NCBI GenBank assembly: GCA_027487075.1
Contig: JAIYEG010000002.1
Location: forward strand, 1,244-65,243
DNA: 64,000 nucleotides
Direction of reading: 5' to 3'
From: a bacterium
GTDB taxonomy: Bacteria > Patescibacteriota > Minisyncoccia > Phycocordibacterales > CALRBL01
Below the pieces are notes generated by a model. The model saw only the letters and a program-made list of their open reading frames with translations. It was not told the DNA's origin and made no database searches. This document shows, piece by piece, positions 44,615 to 54,876 of this stretch. Position 1 is the first letter of the stretch. The number at the start of each line of letters is the position of its first letter. A program made the translations under genes and the position numbers.

Positions 44615-46777
44615 ATGCCAAAAGCTTCAAAAGCATCTCACAACAATGATTCGCCATTCACCATCAGCACGGCATTTGCTCCAGCAGGTGATCAGCCAAA
44701 GGCAATCGCTAGTCTTGTTGATGGACTCAAGAAGGGGTTGCGACACCAGACGCTTCACGGTGTAACGGGGTCCGGAAAGACCTACACCGCCTCACAGGTC
44801 ATTCAACAACACGGCAAGCCAACACTTGTGATCGCGCACAACAAAACGCTCGCAGCGCAGCTCGCTCAAGAGTATCGAGAATTTTTCCCGAACAATGCGG
44901 TGCATTACTTCGTGTCCTACTATGACTACTATCAGCCGGAGGCATACATGCCGCACACTGATACCTATATCGAGAAAGAAGCACAGATCAATGCCGAGAT
45001 CGATCGTCTTCGTCATGCATCTACCCAAGCACTCCTTACCCGCAAAGATGTGATCATTGTTGCGTCAGTGTCATGTATATACGGTTTGGGAAGCCCAGAA
45101 GAATATGAGAAGTCTCACCTCAAGATCGCAAAGGGTGCAACGATGGATCGTGCTGAACTCATTCGACGTCTTATTCATATTTATTTCGATCGTACGAATG
45201 CAGACATGATGCCGGGAAAGTTTCGTGCGCTCGGCAACTCAATGGAAATCATGCCGGTGAACGAACGTGTCATCTATCGCATCGACTTTGGTATCGAAGG
45301 TGCGACGCCAATCATCAAAAGCATTATCAAGATCGACGAAATTACGCGCGCCATCATCGGTGAGATAGACGCATTCTTTTTGTTTCCCGCAAAGCACTTC
45401 GTGACCCCTGAAGATGAGCGTGAACGAGCGATTAAGGATATCAAACACGAACTCGATGAGCGTCTTGAGGTACTCAAGGCAGAAGGAAAACTTCTTGAAG
45501 CAGATCGCTTGAAGCGCCGCACCACCTATGACCTCGCGCTTATCAAAGAAGTGGGATACTGCAACGGTATCGAAAACTATTCACGACATTTTTCTGGTAA
45601 GGCACCTGGCGAAGCGCCGGATACGTTGCTTTCATATTTCCCACACAAGAAAGATGAGAAGGGAAATCTAGTTCCCGATTTCCTTACTATCATCGACGAG
45701 TCGCATGTGACGGTGCCACAGCTCAATGGAATGTATGCTGGTGATCAGTCGCGCAAGCAGAGTTTGGTGGATTTCGGTTTTCGTTTGCCTTCTGCTCGTG
45801 ACAACCGCCCGCTCAAGTTCCCTGAGTTTCTCGAACGTACCGGTCAGATTGTGTACACCACGGCAACACCCGGAAAATACGAACTTGAACACTCACAAAA
45901 TATCGCAGAGCAGGTCATTCGTCCGACCGGTCTTCTTGATCCTGAGGTTGAAGTGCGACCGATTATTTCGATGGCGCCCTTCGAAGGGCGCCATTACAAG
46001 GGTCAAATTTTCGACTTTATTGATGAAGCAGAGCGCACGATTGCAAAGGGATTTCGCGTGATCGCAACGACGCTCACCAAGAAGATGGCAGAGGACTTGA
46101 GCGAATTTCTGAAAGAGCGAAAGATCAAAGCTGCGTACATCCACAGCGACATCGAAACACTGGAACGTATCCAGATCCTCACTGAGCTTCGCAAGGGTAC
46201 CTACGACATCATTGTGGGAGTGAACTTGCTTCGTGAAGGACTTGATCTTCCTGAGGTGGCGCTCATCGGTATTCTCGATGCTGATAAGGAAGGCTTTTTG
46301 CGCTCGGAGTCGGCACTCATTCAGACGATTGGTCGTGCCGCGCGAAACTCTGAGGGAAAAGTGATTTTGTATGCCGAACATATAACCGGCTCGATGGAAC
46401 GCGCACTGAATGAGACAAATCGCCGTCGTACGCTGCAAATCGCATACAACAAAGAGCACGGCATCACACCAAAGACGATCATTAAGCGTATCAAGGATAT
46501 TACAGAAGACATCGAGAACGAACATCAGAAGACCATCAAGACACTCCTCACGATGGACGCTGAAGCATTTGCCAAAGATCCGAAGAAAGTGATTAAGATG
46601 AAAGAGCAAGAAATGCAGGAAGCGGTGAAGGAACTCGATTTCGAAACGGCAGCGTTGTTGCGAGATGAAATTAAAGCACTTATGGAGGGAACAGTGAAAG
46701 CAGAAAAGAAAGCTGCAAAAGCAAAGAAGGAGGCGAATAAAGGAATTCGTGGAAAGAAACAGGATTTGCGCGGATGA
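44615..46777 (+). CDS. uvrB: Excinuclease ABC subunit B
   Basis: 720 aa. It has 'GVTGSGKT', a beta-hairpin region, helicase motifs and the C-terminal UVR domain ('DFETAALLRDEI'). Confidence 0.9.
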   Translation: MPKASKASHNNDSPFTISTAFAPAGDQPKAIASLVDGLKKGLRHQTLHGVTGSGKTYTASQVIQQHGKPTLVIAHNKTLAAQLAQEYREFFPNNAVHYFVSYYDYYQPEAYMPHTDTYIEKEAQINAEIDRLRHASTQALLTRKDVIIVASVSCIYGLGSPEEYEKSHLKIAKGATMDRAELIRRLIHIYFDRTNADMMPGKFRALGNSMEIMPVNERVIYRIDFGIEGATPIIKSIIKIDEITRAIIGEIDAFFLFPAKHFVTPEDERERAIKDIKHELDERLEVLKAEGKLLEADRLKRRTTYDLALIKEVGYCNGIENYSRHFSGKAPGEAPDTLLSYFPHKKDEKGNLVPDFLTIIDESHVTVPQLNGMYAGDQSRKQSLVDFGFRLPSARDNRPLKFPEFLERTGQIVYTTATPGKYELEHSQNIAEQVIRPTGLLDPEVEVRPIISMAPFEGRHYKGQIFDFIDEAERTIAKGFRVIATTLTKKMAEDLSEFLKERKIKAAYIHSDIETLERIQILTELRKGTYDIIVGVNLLREGLDLPEVALIGILDADKEGFLRSESALIQTIGRAARNSEGKVILYAEHITGSMERALNETNRRRTLQIAYNKEHGITPKTIIKRIKDITEDIENEHQKTIKTLLTMDAEAFAKDPKKVIKMKEQEMQEAVKELDFETAALLRDEIKALMEGTVKAEKKAAKAKKEANKGIRGKKQDLRG

Positions 46778-47478
46778 TTGATAAGAGTGGTTTGGTGTGG
46801 TATTTTGAGAAAGAAACCGTGCCCAGTAAGCACGGATTTGTTCACTTCAGTCTTATGATACCCACTATTGTTTTTGCTGGCCCTCCCTGTGGCGGCAAAG
46901 AAACCCTTCAGCGAATACTGCTTTCGCAGTTCATGATCGATAAGCCCATAGGTGTCGGTGATCTGTGCCGGCGTGAGGAGGACGAACAATCAGACCTTTG
47001 GAAAGCTGCATCAGCCCACATGAGCAAGACTCGTTCCACACTTTGGCCTGACGAGCTCATTGCTCAACTTTTGGGAAATGTAATCGAGACAAGCTTACGG
47101 GAAAGTACCGCGCTGGTTTTTGATGGCTTTCCTCGGAGCCGACGTCAGATCAGTCTTTTTACGGGTGTTGCTAAATCTCACGGGCTTACGAACGTCTTGC
47201 TCGTGCACATCCATGCGAAGGATAGTGCATGTATCGAGCGTGCGGAGAAACGGAAACGTCCTGATGATGTGAGGATTGTTGAGCGGCTTGCTGAGTACAA
47301 CTCGGAAACCGTTCCAGCAATCGAGCAGCTTCTCGGAATGAATTCTATCCTCCCAGTGCAATACCTGCGTTTCGACGGGAATCAACCTAAGCAGCAGGCA
47401 CTCGAGAAGGGTGCGAAGTTCTGTCGAACAATCGGCGAATTGCTTGAGTTGGTTCCTCGGCCAGTTATGGCTCTCTGA
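46774..47478 (+). CDS. Adenylate kinase/NMP-kinase-like protein with an atypical P-loop (GPPCGGKET)
   Basis: It has 'IVFAGPPCGGKET' and 'FDGFPRSRRQ', which correspond to the Adk 'GPPGSGKGT' and 'LDGFPRT' motifs. The true start may be the internal Met at about 46855. Confidence 0.5.
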   Translation: MIDKSGLVWYFEKETVPSKHGFVHFSLMIPTIVFAGPPCGGKETLQRILLSQFMIDKPIGVGDLCRREEDEQSDLWKAASAHMSKTRSTLWPDELIAQLLGNVIETSLRESTALVFDGFPRSRRQISLFTGVAKSHGLTNVLLVHIHAKDSACIERAEKRKRPDDVRIVERLAEYNSETVPAIEQLLGMNSILPVQYLRFDGNQPKQQALEKGAKFCRTIGELLELVPRPVMAL

Positions 47479-47501
47479 GTCTCGTTAGCCCTGACTGTAT
47501 T

Positions 47502-47541
47502 GCGCCGCCCCACCGAAAGGTAGGGCGGCGCTTTTCTTTTT
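47502..47541 (+). terminator. Rho-independent terminator
   Basis: GCGCCGCCC-CACCGAAAGGTA-GGGCGGCGC followed by a T-run. Confidence 0.7.
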
Positions 47542-47617
47542 TAAAAAGCAGGAGTATGATTTTATTTTAGACCAGTTGCAGTCCGCACACTGGCTTGAAC
47601 CTGTCACCAAAATATCA

Positions 47618-47836
47618 ATGCACGAAATTACTGCTTCCCTCAGTGGACACGAAGATGATATCCATCACGGAAAAGAAGTCAAAGGGAGCTTGGTCGATCC
47701 TCAACCACGCCCCGCAGGTACGGACCATCTTAAGCCCCACACTCCACCACGGATGAAATTTCCCCCAGCTGGTCGTCGACCTGCTGGTGGCGATGATCAT
47801 CCTCGTGTCCCATTTGGTGCTGTCCCCACCAATTAG
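47618..47836 (+). CDS. Questionable small His/Pro-rich ORF
   Basis: It lies between terminators. An ATG-started frame 'MHEITASLSGHEDDIHHGKEV...' is followed by a GC hairpin and a T-run (47858-47897). An antisense ORF competes. Confidence 0.2.
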   Translation: MHEITASLSGHEDDIHHGKEVKGSLVDPQPRPAGTDHLKPHTPPRMKFPPAGRRPAGGDDHPRVPFGAVPTN

Positions 47837-47950
47837 CCTTTTCATGGGCACCACCCTCTCTCCTGCACGCGATGTGTACGGGGAGGGGGTGGCTCTTTTT
47901 ATATAAATATACATGCAATACAGAGCGCTTCGTGCTACCATACCCCTGAT

Positions 47951-50587
47951 ATGAAAAAATCTCCTGAAAACAAGTCGCACGATGAACACAATGGGTCTAT
48001 TGTGGTAAAAGGAGCTCGAACCCACAATCTCAAGGATATTACGGTTGAGATGCCACGCAACAAGATGATCGTGATCACGGGTCTTTCTGGTTCCGGAAAA
48101 TCATCGCTTGCTTTCGACACGATCTTCGCTGAAGGACAGCGACGCTACGTCGAGTCTCTTTCATCATATGCTCGACAATTCCTTCGCCAGATGCAGAAAC
48201 CAGACGTCGATGAGATCACCGGCCTTTCTCCTGCTATCTCAATCGATCAGAAATCTCGCTCGAACAACCCGCGTTCGACGGTGGCGACCATCACCGAAAT
48301 CTACGACTATCTCCGTATTTTGTTTGCGCGTGTGGGTAAGCCACATTGTTTGGTGTGCGGCCGCGAAATCAAAAAACTCTCGAAGGAGGAAATTCTTGAG
48401 AGTATTATCAAAACAGTGAACGCAATCGACACCTCGAAGAAAAAGGTGATGGGTGTCGAACTCACTGATGCGACGTTCTCAGTGTACGCGCCAGTGGTGG
48501 TAGGACGAAAAGGTGAATACTACCAGCTTCTCTACGATCTGCTTGGTAAAGGATATGAAGAAGTGCGTATTGATGGCAAACCTCACAAACTTCGTGAGCA
48601 AATCGTACTTACCAAAACTCATAAACATGATATCGACGTGCTTGTTGATCGATTCTACGTGTCTGAGCTCGCCACAAAAGATAAAAAGCAAAAGGAGAGC
48701 TTCGATGAACGTTTGAATGAAGCAATTGAAAAAGCGCTCGATCAAGCTGAGGGATTGCTTCGTATTGTTGCTGATGGAGTGGAGGGAAGTGATCACCTCA
48801 TTTCTTCGAAGTTTATGTGTCCGTTTGATGGATTTTCATATCCTGAAATCGAGCCGCGTTTGTTCTCATTCAACTCACCATACGGTGCGTGTCCTGAATG
48901 TAATGGTCTTGGTACACGTGGATTTTTTGTGAATGAGGCATGCCCCGTATGTCACGGTGCACGTCTTCGACCCGAAGCCCTCCATGTGTTCTTGATGAGT
49001 GGTGATGGATCTGAAGCAGGGCATAAAGTAAATATTATTGAATTGGTGGACCGTTCAATCAAAGATGCGATTGGTTTCTTCAAGTCACTCAAACTTTCAC
49101 CAAAAGATAAAGAAATTTCTAAAGTGGTGATAAAGGAAATTCAGAACCGTCTCACCTTCATGAATGATGTAGGTATTGAATATCTTTCATTGTCGCGTAA
49201 AGCAAACACGCTTTCAGGAGGAGAGGCGCAGCGTATTCGTCTTGCATCACAACTTGGTTCGGGGCTCGTAGGTGCACTCTACGTGCTCGACGAACCCACA
49301 ATCGGCCTTCATCAGCGCGACAACGATCGCCTCATCAAGACACTTCTTAGCTTGCGTGATGCAGGGAATACGATCGTAGTGGTAGAGCACGATGAAGATA
49401 CGATCTACGCCGCAGACTATATTGTCGACATTGGTCCAGGGGCAGGTGTACACGGTGGAGACGTGGTGGTGTCAGGATGGCTTGAAGATCTGCTCACCAC
49501 AAAGAAGAATGATTCAGGTTCGCTCACGCTCGGCTATCTTCGCAAAGAGAATGAAGTTCCCGTACCTGAAAAGCGACGTGATCACGATGCGGGTAAGATC
49601 ATGATTCGTGGGGGAAATATTTTTAATATCAAAAACCTCAGCGTTGATATTCCGCTTGGTCGCCTCATCACGGTCACTGGTGTGTCGGGATCAGGCAAGT
49701 CATCATTCGTGTACGAACTCCTCTACAAAAATCTTCAAGCACGACTCGAAAAGCGCAAGCGCACCGCACAGCTCTTCAATGTGGGAAGCTTCAGTGGTAC
49801 CGAGTATGTTGGTCGCTCAATTCTCATCGATCAATCTGCGATCGGGCGTACGCCTCGCTCAAACCCGGTGACCTACACTGGAGCCTTCAGTCATATTCGT
49901 GATATGTTTGCCACTACCTCAGAAGCAAAAGCACGAGGGTGGTCTGCGAGTCGCTTCTCATTCAACGTAAAAGGTGGGCGATGTGAGACCTGCCAAGGAA
50001 ACGGCATGATCGAAGTGGAAATGCACTTCTTGCCGACGGTGTTTGTGACGTGCGATGTTTGCAACGGCAAGCGCTTCATGAAAGAAACACTCGAAGTGAA
50101 ATACAAAAAGAAGAGTATTTACGATGTGCTCGAGATGACTGTTGAAGAAGGTCTCGCATTCTTTGAGGACATTCCGTCTATTTATGATCGCTTAAAGACG
50201 CTTGATGAGGTGGGTCTCGGATATCTCAAGCTCGGTCAGTCTGCAACCACACTCTCTGGTGGAGAAGCGCAGCGTGTGAAAATTGCTTCAGAGCTTTATC
50301 GTCCACATGTGCAGAAGACGATCTACATTCTCGATGAACCAACCATCGGACTTCACTACGAAGACGTACGCAAGCTCATCGAAATTCTTCAGAAGTTGGT
50401 GAACAAGGGGAACACCGTGCTTGTGATTGAGCACAACATGGATCTCATCAAATGTTCAGACTACATCATCGATATTGGTCCTGAAGGAGGAATTGGTGGA
50501 GGACAGATTGTGGCGAAGGGAACTCCTGAGGAGGTGGCGAATAGTCCGAAGAGCTTTACGGGGAAGTATCTTAAAAAAATTTTGTAA
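47951..50587 (+). CDS. uvrA: Excinuclease ABC subunit A (short form, 878 aa)
   Basis: It has two ABC NBDs (Walker A 'GLSGSGKSS' and 'GVSGSGKSS'; signatures 'LSGGEAQR' twice) and Zn-finger cysteines ('CPECNGLG', 'CETCQGNG'). It is about 60-70 aa shorter than canonical UvrA. Confidence 0.9.
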   Translation: MKKSPENKSHDEHNGSIVVKGARTHNLKDITVEMPRNKMIVITGLSGSGKSSLAFDTIFAEGQRRYVESLSSYARQFLRQMQKPDVDEITGLSPAISIDQKSRSNNPRSTVATITEIYDYLRILFARVGKPHCLVCGREIKKLSKEEILESIIKTVNAIDTSKKKVMGVELTDATFSVYAPVVVGRKGEYYQLLYDLLGKGYEEVRIDGKPHKLREQIVLTKTHKHDIDVLVDRFYVSELATKDKKQKESFDERLNEAIEKALDQAEGLLRIVADGVEGSDHLISSKFMCPFDGFSYPEIEPRLFSFNSPYGACPECNGLGTRGFFVNEACPVCHGARLRPEALHVFLMSGDGSEAGHKVNIIELVDRSIKDAIGFFKSLKLSPKDKEISKVVIKEIQNRLTFMNDVGIEYLSLSRKANTLSGGEAQRIRLASQLGSGLVGALYVLDEPTIGLHQRDNDRLIKTLLSLRDAGNTIVVVEHDEDTIYAADYIVDIGPGAGVHGGDVVVSGWLEDLLTTKKNDSGSLTLGYLRKENEVPVPEKRRDHDAGKIMIRGGNIFNIKNLSVDIPLGRLITVTGVSGSGKSSFVYELLYKNLQARLEKRKRTAQLFNVGSFSGTEYVGRSILIDQSAIGRTPRSNPVTYTGAFSHIRDMFATTSEAKARGWSASRFSFNVKGGRCETCQGNGMIEVEMHFLPTVFVTCDVCNGKRFMKETLEVKYKKKSIYDVLEMTVEEGLAFFEDIPSIYDRLKTLDEVGLGYLKLGQSATTLSGGEAQRVKIASELYRPHVQKTIYILDEPTIGLHYEDVRKLIEILQKLVNKGNTVLVIEHNMDLIKCSDYIIDIGPEGGIGGGQIVAKGTPEEVANSPKSFTGKYLKKIL

Positions 50588-50720
50588 ATAATATCTCTCT
50601 TCAGAAGCACGGATATTTTCTTGCTAGAAAATTCCTCGTGCTCGCTCCGTCGAGCCTCGCAAGGCTTCTTCCGAGAAATATTATGTACAAAATTTTCTTT
50701 CGCTTTTCTCCTTATCACAC

Positions 50721-50757
50721 AAAAGTCGCCCCGGGGTTTCCAGGGCGACGTAGTTTT
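50721..50757. terminator. Terminator hairpin between uvrA and the convergent phosphatase gene
   Basis: GTCGCCC-CGGGGTTTCCA-GGGCGAC followed by GTAGTTTT. Confidence 0.5.
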
Positions 50758-50776
50758 GGGTCGGTGATCTTGCCGA

Positions 50777-51595
50777 CTAGACGATAACAGCGGGGACTTG
50801 GCGAGCCCGTTCAAGAAGCTCGTCGTTGGTGTAGCGTTTGCGCTGGATCTTCCTCCACTTTCCATCACCGGACAGATCAAGTTGCCAAGGGCAGATTGAC
50901 CGCATCCAATTCAGGTGTGGGTGTGGCGCCGTCGTTCCACTGGTGTGCGGATCGGTGCGAGTGTAGTGAATCACTTGGCAGTTGTGAATTCGGTGATACG
51001 GCTTTTTGGAGCCGTCGAGCTTGCGGAATTTTTCTTGGGACATCCGCTCGAGTCTGACGCGAAACGCCCACATCACTTCGCCGTGACAGACGATAATGAC
51101 GTTCTTTCCTTCGCATTCGCGATGGAGGGTGTCGATCACGCGGTCGATTCGCAAGCAGAGGTCCGCAAGAGAAGTTCCGTTCGGAGGCACCCAGTAAAAT
51201 GGGTCTACCTTGCGTTCCTTCATTGCCACCGCGAACTTTTGTTCACGCTCCTCTACGGAAACGCGATCGAGAGCACCCCAATCACGCTCGCGCAGATAAA
51301 AGTCTTCATACCACTGCGCATCCGGAAGAGCAAGGAGACCTGCGGTTTCCATCGCGCGAATGTAGGCAGAGGTGTAATGACGATCAAACCGCAGACCGAG
51401 GTTGGCAGTGATCCACCTTCCTGTTTCTGTTGCTTGGGCGACTCCCTTTGCAGAGAGACGCCAGAGTGAACTGTGGCGGCTGGTGAATTTCGGATCGTTG
51501 AACGCGCTGTGGTCGCCCTTCTTGGAGCGATCGACAGCAACGTTACCTTCTGATTCGCCGTGGCGTACCAGAACAAGGTTGAGAGGCATTGACAT
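50777..51595 (-). CDS. Histidine-phosphatase (PGAM-like) superfamily protein
   Basis: It has the 'LVLVRHGESEGN' RHG motif and a later 'CHGEVM' motif, plus a C-terminal extension of about 70 aa. Confidence 0.7.
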   Translation of the reverse strand: MSMPLNLVLVRHGESEGNVAVDRSKKGDHSAFNDPKFTSRHSSLWRLSAKGVAQATETGRWITANLGLRFDRHYTSAYIRAMETAGLLALPDAQWYEDFYLRERDWGALDRVSVEEREQKFAVAMKERKVDPFYWVPPNGTSLADLCLRIDRVIDTLHRECEGKNVIIVCHGEVMWAFRVRLERMSQEKFRKLDGSKKPYHRIHNCQVIHYTRTDPHTSGTTAPHPHLNWMRSICPWQLDLSGDGKWRKIQRKRYTNDELLERARQVPAVIV

Positions 51596-51660
51596 TGTGT
51601 AAGGTTCTTCCTATTGTTAGTTGTTCATTTTCACCATACATAAGATATTTAATTTTGTCA

Positions 51661-51692
51661 AAAAAAGCGGCGACCCGAGGTGGGTCGCCGCT
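51661..51692 (-). terminator. Rho-independent terminator with stem GCGGCGACCC/GGGTCGCCGC
   Basis: The hairpin lies immediately after the stop of the 51692-52156 gene, with an A6 run on plus. The same stem recurs at 55796. Confidence 0.6.
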
Positions 51693-52156
51693 CATGGATT
51701 GGGTTTGAATCGTTCTTGTTGGTTCGGGGGAGTAGCGTGGAGTGTTCCACAGCTTGCACACTTCCATCGGTGAGCATGGGTCATGGGTGTGATAATGAGT
51801 GTGGTCACGGCACACCTACAAATGTACACTCTGAGCGCTGGTCTCGCTGGTCCGTGTGGCATCAACCCCTGTTGCCTGCGAAATGCTCTGTCATCCGCAA
51901 GTTCTTGAAGTTTCTGCAGTAGACGTTCCCATAGAGAGTGTAGTCCACAGGAAACCAAGGTAGCCATGAGGGTTACAGCGGATAACCCGATCCAAAATGC
52001 GCTGTGTGATGTGAAGCCGTAGTCTTCCAAGAGCCTCGTAAGGTCTTCAGTGAAAGCGCAGATCCGCAATGCCACACAAAGAACGATACCAAACGCAATC
52101 CAATCAGCTTTTTGTTTGAACATGATGTCCTTTCTGGTTGGTTGAGTTTTTTGCAT
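51692..52156 (-). CDS. Hypothetical membrane protein with a C-terminal Cys cluster (possible zinc ribbon)
   Basis: It has two TM helices and a C-terminal 'CRC...CASCG' motif. Confidence 0.35.
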   Translation of the reverse strand: MQKTQPTRKDIMFKQKADWIAFGIVLCVALRICAFTEDLTRLLEDYGFTSHSAFWIGLSAVTLMATLVSCGLHSLWERLLQKLQELADDRAFRRQQGLMPHGPARPALRVYICRCAVTTLIITPMTHAHRWKCASCGTLHATPPNQQERFKPNP

Positions 52157-52181
52157 ATAAAAGTATAATCATTTTGCATAT

Positions 52182-53405
52182 ATGTCAATCGATATCTCTG
52201 CTATTAAGGAACTGCCTGATTCGCCTGGAGTATATTTCTTCAAGCGAGGCAAGGAGATCCTCTATATAGGAAAGGCAACGTCACTGCGCGATCGTGTGCG
52301 AAGTTATTTTGCTAAGAATCTGTTTAAGACCAGAAGCGAGCTTATTGCCGACATGGTAGTGCTTGCGGATACTATCGACTATCAGCAAACAGACTCAGTA
52401 CTCGAGGCTCTTATCCTCGAAGCTGAACTCATTCGCAAATATCGCCCGTATCACAACACCAAAGAGAAAGATGATAAGAGCTTCATGTTTGCGGTTATCA
52501 CTGAAGAAGAATTTCCTATGGTGATCATGGAGCGTGGTCGTGATCTTGAAGATCGCAAGATTCGTGGGGAGGTAAAGACCCGACATCAGTTCGGACCATT
52601 CATGAGTGGGCCTTCACTACGTGAGGGTCTTAAGATTATTCGACGCATCTTTCCGTATCGCGATGAGAAGTGTAAAGCAGGATCAGGTATGCCGTGCTTC
52701 AACTATCAAATCGGCTTGTGTCCTGGAACATGTGTCGGCACGGTAAGTAAGACAGAGTATGCAAGAACGATGCGTAATATCACTCTGTTTTTTCAGGGTA
52801 AGAAGGGAGCGCTTCTCACCAAGCTTCGTGCTGAGATGAAGGCATATGCTAAGCAGCAGGAGTTCGAAAAAGCCGACAAGATCAAGCGACAAATCTTCGC
52901 ACTCGAACATATTCGTGATGTGTCGCTCATCAAGCGCGAGAACATTCAAGAAAAGGGAACAGAGGAAGCTGGTGCGTTTCGTATCGAAGCGTATGACATC
53001 GCACACATGCAAGGAGCAAGTATGACAGGAGTGATGGTAGTGATCGAAGATGGTATCGCAAAGAAAAGTGACTATCGTATGTTCAAGGTTCGTCGTAAGG
53101 GGATCAACGATGTGGCGAGTCTGAAAGAAGTGCTCATGCGTCGGGTGAAGCATGAGGAGTGGCGCATGCCGGATCTTATCGTTACCGACGGAGGAATGCC
53201 ACAATATAAGGTAGCGAAAGAACTATTTCCGAATACTCCTGTTATCGGAGTCGTCAAAAATATCAAACACCAACCCGAACGTCTTATCGGTGACGAAGAG
53301 CTTATTAAAAGGCATCAGACTGCGGTACTTCTTGCCAACGCCGAAGCCCACCGATTCACGCTCAAATACCATCGGAAGCTCCGGAGCAAGGATCTACTGG
53401 GGTAG
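52182..53405 (+). CDS. uvrC: Excinuclease ABC subunit C (short form, 407 aa, lacking the C-terminal HhH domain)
   Basis: It has GIY-YIG ('GVYFFKRGKEILYIGKA'), a UVR motif ('EFEKADKIKRQIFALE') and an RNase H-like endonuclease region. The ORF ends before any (HhH)2 module. Confidence 0.8.
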   Translation: MSIDISAIKELPDSPGVYFFKRGKEILYIGKATSLRDRVRSYFAKNLFKTRSELIADMVVLADTIDYQQTDSVLEALILEAELIRKYRPYHNTKEKDDKSFMFAVITEEEFPMVIMERGRDLEDRKIRGEVKTRHQFGPFMSGPSLREGLKIIRRIFPYRDEKCKAGSGMPCFNYQIGLCPGTCVGTVSKTEYARTMRNITLFFQGKKGALLTKLRAEMKAYAKQQEFEKADKIKRQIFALEHIRDVSLIKRENIQEKGTEEAGAFRIEAYDIAHMQGASMTGVMVVIEDGIAKKSDYRMFKVRRKGINDVASLKEVLMRRVKHEEWRMPDLIVTDGGMPQYKVAKELFPNTPVIGVVKNIKHQPERLIGDEELIKRHQTAVLLANAEAHRFTLKYHRKLRSKDLLG

Positions 53406-53981
53406 GATCATGATGCGAGTTTTTGGATTTGCTGCAGTACCTTCACTCCAATTTAAGCTCGCCCAACATGCTGGCTGTGCATATGTAGAATCGGGCTTTA
53501 CGTCGGTAGTTTCCTTCCAAGCGAGTATTGCATACTTTCCAGTTGGTGATCCGCATTCAGTATTCGGAGTAGTACTATTTCCGCCTGTTTGAATATTGAC
53601 GTAACGATATACACACTCGTTACCCATATTCCTTTCGTAAGGCATTTTTGAAATATATCCTCCTGTTTCAAGTACTTCAAGCCAATTGAAACCACCATTT
53701 ATATTTCCGGATTGCCACCCATTCCAACAATTCAATCCATAACCTTCACCGCTTGGTATGCTTGGCAAGCCTTCTGCGTCCAAATGGGGATACATGCCAT
53801 CATGGTCATTTGCATAAAGCAAAAGTGCGTTTTTAACAGCTTGCATGTCTGATTGACGCTTAGCATCAAGGGCTTTGTTGCGTGCGCTATTGAGTGACGC
53901 CATGACAACAGATGAAAGAAGGCCGATGATGGCAATCACGACCAATAATTCAATGAGGGTAAAGCCTCTCTGTAGCTTCAT
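53394..53981 (-). CDS. Type IV pilin-like protein (prepilin-type N-terminal cleavage/methylation domain)
   Basis: 'MKLQRGFTLIELLVVIAIIGLL' is a class III signal peptide with Gly-1, Phe+1 and Glu+5. Confidence 0.75.
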   Translation of the reverse strand: MKLQRGFTLIELLVVIAIIGLLSSVVMASLNSARNKALDAKRQSDMQAVKNALLLYANDHDGMYPHLDAEGLPSIPSGEGYGLNCWNGWQSGNINGGFNWLEVLETGGYISKMPYERNMGNECVYRYVNIQTGGNSTTPNTECGSPTGKYAILAWKETTDVKPDSTYAQPACWASLNWSEGTAANPKTRIMILPQ

Positions 53982-54064
53982 TGCTACAAGTGTGACATTT
54001 TGCAATTTTAATAGCAATAGGTATACTAGTGCTTGTCTGTTTTATGCGGCTTAGGTCGTAAAAT

Positions 54065-54137
54065 GGGCCCCTAGCTCATCTGGTAGAGCGCCTCATTTGC
54101 ACTGAGGAGGTGAGCGGTTCGAGTCCGCTGGGGTCCA
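54065..54137 (+). tRNA. tRNA-Ala (anticodon UGC)
   Basis: It folds as a cloverleaf. The acceptor stem GGGCCCC/GGGGTCC carries the diagnostic G3:U70 pair. The anticodon stem-loop CCTCA-TTTGCAC-TGAGG gives anticodon TGC. The T-arm is GGTTCGAGTCC. CCA is not encoded. Confidence 0.85.
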
Positions 54138-54145
54138 CAAAATGA

Positions 54146-54176
54146 AAAAGACTTGGCTTCGGCCAGGTCTTTTTCA
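54146..54176 (+). terminator. Rho-independent terminator with a UUCG tetraloop after the tRNA
   Basis: AGACTTGGC-TTCG-GCCAGGTCT followed by T5. Confidence 0.7.
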
Positions 54177-54319
54177 TTTCTGGAGGGGAGCACAGTGGAC
54201 GAGAAAGCCGGACTGAGTTCTGGTGTGAGTCTAGCGAACCAGAACGAGGGAGGCGGGGTCGCGGAAATTTTGAGAAGCAAAATTATCAGTGACCGAGTCC
54301 TGTCGGGTCCACTAGAGTA

Positions 54320-54348
54320 TTGACATATTATCTATTACGTGATAATAT
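54320..54348 (+). promoter_or_regulatory. Consensus-like sigma70 promoter (TTGACA, a 17-bp spacer, TAATAT)
   Basis: It lies about 55 bp upstream of the 54404 ORF. Confidence 0.5.
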
Positions 54349-54403
54349 GATTATTAGGTTACAACCACACACCGAAACTCCTTCAACCCAGAAAAACTGA
54401 CTC

Positions 54404-54766
54404 ATGGACATCAAAGCACTTAAACAAATCATCGCAGCCCAGAAGCCTGTTAACGAAGCTTTCAAGAGCATCGGCCAGCAGATTGTCGAAAGCGGACGGC
54501 CCTACAACGAACTCAGCAATGACGAAATCGAGGCCGCACTCCGCTACATCATCGAAACCTCCGAGACCGAGGACGAAATCAAACTTCGCTTCAAAGAAGA
54601 GTTCCACTATCCCTACACCCCTTCTATCCACTCGCTCACGGCCCTTACGGCTGCAGCGGGAGAAGCGAAGACGCTCTGTCAGGCGATGGGCGGGCTCACG
54701 ATGAAAAACGGCACCCTCGTTCAACTCATGATCTGGAGCCCTCGCGGTAAAATGATCATGATGTAA
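54404..54766 (+). CDS. Hypothetical protein
   Basis: 120-aa ORF with its own promoter and terminator. Confidence 0.4.
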   Translation: MDIKALKQIIAAQKPVNEAFKSIGQQIVESGRPYNELSNDEIEAALRYIIETSETEDEIKLRFKEEFHYPYTPSIHSLTALTAAAGEAKTLCQAMGGLTMKNGTLVQLMIWSPRGKMIMM

Positions 54767-54876
54767 GTTCGAAAATCGAACCCACCATCAAAGCACGGAA
54801 ACCCACCGTCGCATGATGGTGGGTTTTCTTTTTATATAAATTCGTGATAGTTTTTTCGTAAGAAAGGAATAGTTCT

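Noticed and set aside
47615-48025. 136-aa minus-strand ORF
   Set aside because: Its 5' third overlaps the uvrA start and promoter region. Only the distal ~77 codons are free. This is no more convincing than the sense-strand small ORF, which I called at low confidence.
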